From Balanoglossus misakiensis (Eukaryota > Animalia > Hemichordata): 64,000 nucleotides of DNA. A program made the position numbers and the translations under genes. Below, piece after piece: positions 55,501 to 64,000 of the stretch (position 1 is the stretch's first letter; every line of letters begins with the position of its first letter). The notes under the pieces were generated by a model. It made no database searches. It saw only the letters and a program-made list of their open reading frames with translations, and was not told the origin of the DNA. Where the stretch lies: contig CM082583.2 in assembly GCA_040954595.2 (NCBI GenBank), positions 12,748,987 through 12,812,986 on the forward strand, read 5' to 3'.

Positions 55501-58500
55501 CTTCGAGAACTGCCTTGTACTTGTCTGGCTGGTCTCCAAGGACAGTCTTGATTCGTTTCAAAAATGCTTGAGCAAGACCATTATCCTTTTCACCCTGAAA
55601 AAAAGCAAGTTTCACAATCTCAGTAAAAAGTAGTCATATCATTGTACTGATATCAAACATTAGATCTAGCATTGGGGTTCTCATTTTATAATGGCCGTTA
55701 TGTAAGATTTGAGAATTGACAGTTCACAATGATAATGAGAATCATGTGACTCACCCCATCACTGTCAACAAGATCCGGCTGCAGTAACAAAATGGTAGAT
55801 TCCAAATCCTTGCGGAATTTTGTCTTCATTCGTTTGCTCCTCATACTTCCCGGAATCTTCGGTTTCAGATTACTGGCTTGATCGTCTTCATTGCACGGAT
55901 TAGAATCCGTGTTGTCCTCCACTGGTTCCTTGTCCAACAATATTCCATCGTCGTTGACATCAGCCATGTCATCTTCGGGACACTCGCAAGCCGCATCACT
56001 GTCATTGGTTACCATGGCCACCTCGTCTTGGTTGGCGTCATCCTCGTTCTCGGAGGCTGACTTGTCATTGTGGTCCAAATCCTCAAAGTCTTGTTTCTCG
56101 CCGTCGAATGAATCATCAAGGCTTTGGTTTTTGTCAGTGTCGGGTCTGAGCTGGTCATGACTACCCCCACCGGCCACAGTCTCTTCTCTGTCTGCACCTG
56201 CTCCACTTCCTGACCTCTGCTGCGTGACCTCTTTATTTACAGTAGCAGCTGTATTTACAGGACTGTCAGAATTCACATTGGAGCCAACAGTTTCTGTGAC
56301 TTCATGGCACTGATCTGTGCTGCGTTCCTCGGACACTGCACCATCTTCTGGGCTTTTTTCCGTGCATGCAGCTCTCGTTTCCGGTGATACAACAGCCGGG
56401 CTGTTCAGATTGACGACAGGTGCCGGGGCTGGACTGGTGATTTCCCGGCTTGTGGCTACAACATGAACAGCACTCACTGCATCTGTGGTTGTCTGGGACA
56501 GAGGGCTCAATGCAGCTGCTGCACAGGGCAAGGCACTGCTGACCTGACTTGCAAGACAGGCTCCCGTCACAGGCACAGATGGGCTCACAATCACGGGCGT
56601 TATGGGCGACGCAGGCAACACTGCGACTCCAGCGGGCGAGGGGAGTGACATCATCATCGCCGGTGCAGGAGACAGATTCCGCTGCACCTCCTCTGGCTTC
56701 TGCATCACAGCTGCGTTGATGGGCAGCAAGCTCGACTGCATCACCGCATCGCCACTCCCACTAGACGGCGACGGCCGGACATCGAGTATGGTCGCCACCG
56801 CACCGGGCATCAGTGGGCTAAAAGGAGCAGGGATGTGTGTCAGCCCTGGCTTGGCAGGAGCGGGTACTATATGACTCTGCTTTGTCGTGGATCTCTTTGC
56901 CCTTGGTCTGGCCTTCTGTGGTGACTTCACTCGAAAGTCGGCCCGTGTCAAGTGGATTAGTGGAGGGTTCCCTTTCGGCAGAATCGGCTTGATTACCGTT
57001 GATAGCGTCCTTGGGAAGGGATCTATGATCCTGCCTGCATTCTTGTAAATACTATTCGGTTTTCTACCCAAAGTTTTCTTAATCTTTTCCACAGGATTAA
57101 TTTTTATGATACTGTCAACTTGGCTGTCTCTGACTTCACCCTCAAGACCATCTTGCTGATTCGTATTCTTCTGTTTTCGTTCCTTCTCTTCATTTATACG
57201 TTTGTATTCTTGTCTTTTTTCATACATCTGTGAAACAAACACAGAGATGACAGGAACTGAAGATGAGCAAATTTTTACATGCCTTGAGTAGCTGTTATAC
57301 TAATAGCACCTCTTGTCTTTAATCCTTCAAAAAACAACAACACCAGTACTTAAAATATTGCAATTTCTTACCTTGAGCCACTCTGGTTTTCTGTTACCAG
57401 GGAGACAAGTTGGAGGCACCTGGCAACCGTCTGGAACGCTCTCGATGAAGACGGGCATTGTGGGTAGACACTGATGTCGTTTGTACAGCTGGTGTGAAAC
57501 AAGGACAAAATATCTTCAAAAAGGTTCATTTTGAATTTGCAGAGATTCTTATACTCATTTGCACATGCTACAATCAGTATCTCTACTACTTTGACTTAAG
57601 AAAAATGTTCCAGAAAATCCTATTTCTGATACAGTGACTTTACCTTAATAATGTTGTCTTTGGTTCTTGTAGCTGATAAATTCTTGACATGTATTTTGAT
57701 CTGGGCTGGTGTCTTAGTGGGTAGCATCAGTTTGGAGATCATCTTGGCCCAGTCTTCCCGGCCTTTGAACTGGTCAAGACCTAAAGCTACCAAACTGGTG
57801 ATGGGGAAAAACAATTGAGTAGGGTGAAAAACTTGAAACTGGTGATGTCATAGTGGAAACATAATAGTGAACTTCCTTTCATACTTACTTATCTTCTGCC
57901 TCAGTGAAAAATGCTTTCTTGGAAGGAATCTTAACCAGGCCACACACAGGCAACAGCTCGTGGTACATAAAGACAGGTTTTGATGCAATTATCTCTTGAG
58001 CCCATTCAGATATTGTTGGCAGTGAAGTTTTTGGATCTCTTTGCTTGTTGGGGTTGACGTCTGTCAAAATGAAATGGAAAACAGCAACTTATCACTTTCT
58101 TCATGCAATTTATAATCCGTATTTGAAAAGTCCGATACAGGACATTTAGCCACAATTGCTACAAACTAACAGCACCTGTTCTCTAAGACATACAGATGCT
58201 GAAATCATTTACCTGCTCTGCACCTTGACATATTGATGACTTGTAGACCGTCTTGAAGATTGCAAACACTGTAGGCCGATTTCACAGGATACTGGTTACA
58301 GATTACCATCTCGTTCATTGCAGATTCGTTCTTTTTTGCAAACATATCAATTTCATTCTGGAAAAGAAAAAGTTAAGAAAATGTCTGTAACATCACAACA
58401 TTAATGCTGATTGGTTGAAATTTTAAAGTACTTGACTGACATGTTTTGGATTTAGTACAATGACTGACAACCAACTTAACAGAGAATGGTACCACCATGG

Positions 58501-61500
58501 ACAATATTTTTCACTCACCACATATACCCTACATTGAGTGGCTTCTTTCTCCAATGAAGTGTTGCCTTGACATAACAGATAGACCTGGCATAACAGCTGA
58601 ATATGCTGCAAAGTACAAAAAGGCAAGAATATGTAATTACAAAATCCCACATCAAGTATGACTTCTTCCGTACAATTTCCTCAACATGTAGTGTTCATTA
58701 TGTTAATGAAGACTATGAATACACCAACCTGTTGTAGTTGTTGTTTTAATTGTTCTCTTTCACCTGGTGTCATTATAGGCACACCCTGTTGTCCACTAGC
58801 AACACCACTGCTTCTACCGAGAAGACCAACATCCCGACGTCGACGTCTTTCATTATGCACTCTCAGTTGCATCTCGGCCGTCTCTTTCTGGTGGCTCAGT
58901 ATACTGCTCAGTGGCTCTTCAAACCTGGTGGTGATTTGAATCATTTCATTTTGACAAGGGCTTGATACAGGTTTATAGGTCAACTTGGACTTGGAAAGTC
59001 AAACTGTCAGCTTGTGTTGTGGTACAGGGTACTTACGTGAGGGCTGGAGGAACATTAAATGGCTGCTCATCCTCAAGCTGTACATCATCAAGCAAATTAT
59101 TATCGTCCAAATCACCTGCACCATACTGTAAGGAAGAGTCAATAAAATGTTGGTTTTCAAATTTATTACCGACACATGAAAGCCTTTGAAAAGCCTTCGG
59201 ATAAAAAATAGCAATTGTCAAAATTCAATCTTATTTCGGCAGATTTCTATACTTTGGCACAATCAAACAGGAAAGCTGACCTAATGTATACTTACAGTTT
59301 CTAACAACTCATCTAGAAGTTCATTGACTTCCTTCTCTGTAGAAAAACAAACGAACAAGAAATACATAAATGGAAGATTCACAACAGAAGTATAAATTGT
59401 TTATTTGGTGATACAAGTAGATGACACCAAAGTCAATCCATAATACTTTATTGACATGGTTGATCAGATAACAAAGCTTAGAACTCATGAACAATGTACC
59501 CCCTTGTACTTACTGGTGATTTGAACAGCTCGGTCATTCCGGAAGTCTTCCATGTCTTCCGGCTCATCTTCCGACAGGAAGTTATATTCCGGATCATTCT
59601 GCTCATCATCCACAGCATCATTGTTGTCAATTTCTGCGGTGAAAGATCAAAGGTTTACACACTGTGACGCAAAGTTCAAGAACATTTCACACACACACAT
59701 AGAAACATGCAAAGACGAAGAAATTCCCTATGTTTGACATATGTATGTATAACAGAAAGACTTTAAACAGCCTACCTTCTTTCATAAGGGACGACAGCCA
59801 CGATTTCCACTCATTGTCTTCACAATTGAAATCATACATATCAGTGGTGATGTCAGGGGCCACAAAATTAGCTTCAATTAGATCAAGAGGCGTATCTTTC
59901 AAAGGTAGTTTGGAACGCGTTCTGTATGCTATTAGGTCTTGTTCTTCCTGTGAAAACAAAGAACCCCAAATTTCAACAAAAACATTTGCAACAAATTTAC
60001 ATGTGTGTGTGTGAGTTTGATAGACACAAATCATTTCAATAACTTTGTGAAAAATCTTGGACCACACTGGTTCACGCCTTACCTGTGATAACAATCCATC
60101 CCCTGCCTGTACTTGAGTCTGGGCGTCTTTCACAGGGCTTTTGACAACTCTTGGTGGCAGTGGTGGTGGACCCATTGGTACCGTGGCCGCTTTAACATGT
60201 CTTTCTTGCTTGTTGGTGTTTACATCTTCCACTTTGTCTACTTTCTCATCTTCTTTGTCTCTCTGCTCTGGCTTCTTAACTTCTTCCACATCATCATCGT
60301 CAACATCTTTCTTCTCCATGGTTACCTTGGTGGGCGTGTCAGCTTCCTGATCGGTCAGCATACTTCTTGGAGTGAGTGGTGTCCGTGGGGGTACCGGCGA
60401 ACCAAACTCGCTGGTTTGAGACGATGCAATGCTTTCATAATCACTCTCTTCTCTCTGTAGAATGACAAAGGGGGGTTGTCTAAATATCATGCACACACAA
60501 TTTATAACGTACATACAAAATGTACAATCTACAACTCTCACACTCCTGTAATGGTCAAAAGGGCTGCTTCAGAGGTGTACACACCCAGAGGCACTTACTT
60601 CTTCATCTTCATCTGGTTTGTAGTCCTCATCTGATGTGCAGTCAGAATCAGAGAAGTTCAAATCCTTGAAGAGAAGGGGCTTCTTGGACGCTGCATTCTT
60701 CAGAGGAGAGATTGGCCATGGCAATGGAAGCTGAAGTCAACAAAAGAGAAATGTGTCAATCTCGTAATCTATCTACAGTATGTATCAAGACATTTTGAGG
60801 AAACTGTCAAAGAAGCAGAACAAATTGGAACACAATAACTTACAGATCCTCCTTTCTCTGTGACCTCCTTCACCTTTGACCTTGTCATCTTGGGTTCCTA
60901 TTGAAACAAACATATTGTTGAGAAATCAATCTTCACTGAAATCTACTTATCTGTATAATAAAATAAACATTCTTTTCACTGTTTTTGGTTTCACATTCCA
61001 TAACTTACCAGGATTTCTAGGGGTGTACAAACCTGAGAAATTATGCTAACACTTACATAGGTGGCTGGTTCATTATCGCCTATCTTCCGTTCCATGTCCC
61101 TCATAGTATTTCTCACCATTGCCAGTACATGCTCATTCGTAATAACATGCTATCAATCAAACAAGAAAACAGTAAAGTTGTCAGTTATATGTCAATGTCA
61201 ATACCAAATAAGATCCATAGACAGAGCTAAAATCTTCAGGAATAGCATTGACGAGTTCTTACCATCATAAACTAATCTTTGTAAAACGATAAAACACATT
61301 CCGGCTTTGTACTTACATGCAATATGGTTTTCACATTTTGGACTGATAAATTGTTTTTATCAGCCTTTGCTTCTAAATTTTTGATGATTTCTTCATCAAT
61401 TTGTAAATCCTTGGGTGCCTCAGCTGTTTTCTCCATGCAGGTCTTCTTGGGTGTCGAACACAAAGTTTCTGCGTTTCCATCAGATGTTCTCTTCAGACAC

Positions 61501-62474
61501 TTTGATGGTTTCTCAATTTCTTCGTTTATCAACAAAGAAACCATTTCAAGGTGTTTTTCCAATCCTGCAGTGACAAATTTTGTTAACTTTTCCTTGGTGA
61601 CGTTAGTTTGATTTTTCCTGCTCTCTTCATCAGATGTCTCCATGGTTACTGTTTCAGTCACATCGGTTGTTATCTCCATGGTTACTGTTTCAGTCACATC
61701 GGTTGTTATCTGCTCACTATTCTTTATTTCATCGTCGTCAAGTTTCAGTCGTTTCTTGGCCCTTGACTTACTGGATTTCTTTGTCTTCTTCTTAGTGATT
61801 CTGGCCTCCTCCAGAACTTCATTGATAATGTCCATGGTTTCCTTGGCCCCAGGCTCCATTGGGAAAACAACATCCTCCGCCCTTTCCTGTGCGGGATCCG
61901 GCAAAGCTCCATCTTCACTATTTCCTACTACCGGAACTTCCTGAGGCAAACTCTCCATTTCCATACTTTCCTCCTCTGTACAGTCCAAGGATGTCTCTTC
62001 TTCAGGATCTCCACTGCCCGTTTCTTCCCCATCTGTCGGTTTTGTTGTTATTTCTGATGTGTCTCCATTCTTGTCCAAGTCTTCATCTGGTACTCCGCCT
62101 ACATCTGGATCTTGTGAAACCTGTTCGAACGCCGATTCTGAACTCTCAGAAACTGGCTTACCGGCATCGGGCTGTTGGGTTACCTGGACTTCAATGGTGT
62201 CATCTGCAGAGCTCTTTCTTGACCCCAAACAAACATGTTTATTCGATTCATCACTCAGTTCTGTCATTTTGGCAAGCCATGCTTTTTTAGGAGACTTCAA
62301 CTCGGAGAATCTCTTCTGGTTCATGGGCTCGGTATCAGTCTTTCTGGGACACTTGTCTGGGGCATATGCCTCATCTTTTCCATCACTGGACAAACTCTTT
62401 TTATGTTCAGGTGTTTTGTCTCTTTCATGGTCCTCTTTTTCATGACTCTTCACTGCCTCTTCTGAAGCAGACAT
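52507..62474 (-). CDS. GON4L: GON-4-like protein (YY1AP-related transcriptional co-regulator)
   Basis: NNLSVQNVKTILH, EPKMTRSK, IAYRTRSKLPLKDTPLDLIEANFVAPDITTDMYD, FTEAEDNLVALGL (Myb-like), PAH-like exons (LSGWPDLLEDFSCFL; LLRGQPHLEQEF), and C-terminal SANT-like WTREEDRILLQLCQ...IQERFNTLMKLF; stop at 52507. Confidence 0.92.
61637..61711. repeat. Perfect 2 x 36-bp in-frame tandem duplication in GON4L (ITTDVTETVTME x2)
   Basis: Directly visible. Confidence 0.93.
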
Positions 62475-62572
62475 AGCTGCAATTCAACAGCTGTAAAATA
62501 CAAGAAATGATAAATTCATTTTTGGCATAGCCCTGTCACACATGTTATGGATCCAAAACATGGTTCGTACAT

Positions 62573-62749
62573 GGGATCTGGTTCACTTAGTGGACACGAC
62601 TATACCCCATGGGCGATACCATGGCAATGAGGGTGAGTTAGGGTTAGGGTTAGGAGGGTTAGGGGTGGCAATGTGAGGGTGAGTTTAACCCTAACCCTAA
62701 AAAACCATGGTATCGCCCATGGGTGTGTCCACTAAGTGAACCAGATCCC
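62573..62749. mobile_element. Non-autonomous DNA transposon (MITE) with bipartite TIRs, internal telomeric repeats and a 6-bp TSD
   Basis: Perfect 25-bp TIR GGGATCTGGTTCACTTAGTGGACAC / GTGTCCACTAAGTGAACCAGATCCC; inner 19-bp inverted repeat CCCATGGGCGATACCATGG; internal TTAGGG and TAACCC tracts; flanking GTACAT duplication at 62567-62572 and 62750-62755. Confidence 0.9.
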
Positions 62750-62899
62750 GTACATGTTACGTGTGTAGGCTGCCAATAGAACTACATTGTGTATCTAGCT
62801 TCGAGTTCCTCACTTAGGCAACAACTTTTCTGGTGTGATTTATACTTTGAAACAAGTTACAAGCTAGCCTCAGTTCACACACTCTAAAACCTGCGGTAC

Positions 62900-63630
62900 C
62901 TTACTGCTAAAAGCAGCTGTGGAAACGCAGCAATGACGCTCGTCGACATCATGGACGCCATCCATTTCACAAAATGTACATTTGTTTACATGCACACTAC
63001 ATGTACGTCAGGGGTTCGCCTTCGTCGGCGGAGCAAAAATGCGGAAATAAGCTGTCTACAGAATGTACATATGAAATTCGGGTGGGAATGTTGTATGTTG
63101 AACGCTATGGTAATTAGGACAGGGGAGTTGTCCTTACCTGACATCAAATGCGAGAAGACGCTTCGCAACTGAACGGTCTCCTTTCGGAAGAAGCGCCATT
63201 TTTGGGGTCATATTCAGTTTTATCAGTACATGCGCATTGCGCATGCTCCGAATATGCACCTCTATTCGCTATCAGAGGTTATCAGAGTCTTAAACCTTTT
63301 CTCATAAATTTGCTCACGCAAGGCGACTTAAATTTCTGGCAAACTACGACAAAAAAGTAATCCGAAATTTCAAGAGTTTTGTATAAACTGTGTCAGCACT
63401 TTTGATGGGGTCATGTGACTTGAGACGCGTCAGAGCAAAGTTTTCGCTGCTGATTGGTTGGAGCCACCTGGACCACCTCCACTTGGAAATTTCCGTCTAG
63501 CCTTCCGTGCATTTTCATAAGTGACGACCACGCTGCTGCATGTAGGACGTGTTGCGGAGAGGATGCGGAAAACTCTGTCCCAACACAGAGTTTCTCCGCT
63601 GGATAGTTTTCATGACGACAACGGTAAGTA
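62900..63630. promoter_or_regulatory. Probable bidirectional promoter of GON4L and the next (+) gene, including that gene's putative first exon
   Basis: CpG-rich; YY1-like CGCCATTTT at ~63195, NRF1-like TGCGCATTGCGCATGC at 63231, GTCATGTGAC at 63410, inverted CCAAT at ~63453, and a strong plus-strand donor ACG|GTAAGT at ~63624. Confidence 0.5.
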
Positions 63631-64000
63631 AAGTAACAGAAGTAGACACATTTACTAATTTTTTGACCAGAAACATGGGTTTTACTGTGGCGAGTTACGG
63701 ACAGCTAAAAACCAGACGTTTGCACCACAGAATTGAAAAATTGGATACGTCACAGTCAGACAGCTCGAGTCAGCGCTTCCGTGCATTTTACAGTAATTCA
63801 CAAATTCCACCCGTTCGCGTTACTCAACTTGAGATGTACGGTTTTTCATATTAAGACAATTCGGTGTTATAGCTGTACTGGTTGCCGGAAAGATTTTTAC
63901 ATAGAAAAACGAGGTAGTTTTTCGGGAAGGGGGGGGGGGGCTACAATGAATTGGTAGCGGGTTCGATGAATTGTAGACAACGTGTTTTCGAGAGTGAGCG

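Noticed and set aside
62637-62700. TTAGGG/CCCTAA tracts as a chromosome end or telomere-fusion scar
   Set aside because: The tracts are very short and enclosed by TIRs and a TSD, so a MITE explains them better.
63955-63975. GGTTCGA T-loop-like motif (tRNA)
   Set aside because: No A box or cloverleaf.

Overview
Eukaryotic (animal) DNA from a compact invertebrate bilaterian genome with short GT-AG introns; no prokaryotic features. I can support twelve protein-coding genes, in strictly alternating orientation: basigin/neuroplastin-like Ig protein (+, 5'-partial), HCN channel (-), TRIM-NHL (+), TM2D3 (-), EIF2B5 (+), UGDH (-), FASTKD5-like (+), alpha-arrestin (-), ANO8 (+), a C2H2 zinc-finger gene (-), NSA2 (+) and GON4L (-). 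The probable first exon of a 13th (+) gene lies at the right edge. The most interesting observations are: (1) a zinc-finger protein whose N-terminus resembles a degenerate MADS-box dimerisation module; (2) a 177-bp MITE with a 6-bp target-site duplication and internal telomeric TTAGGG repeats in a GON4L intron; (3) basigin-HCN adjacency and other linkages matching the human chr1/5/15/19 paralogon; (4) three candidate alternative first exons and a 27-nt microexon in ANO8; (5) a divergent CTCF-like motif pair and a candidate intronic C/D snoRNA. Gene identities come from recognising motifs by eye. Exon boundaries were read manually and may be off by a few bases. No database searches were run.
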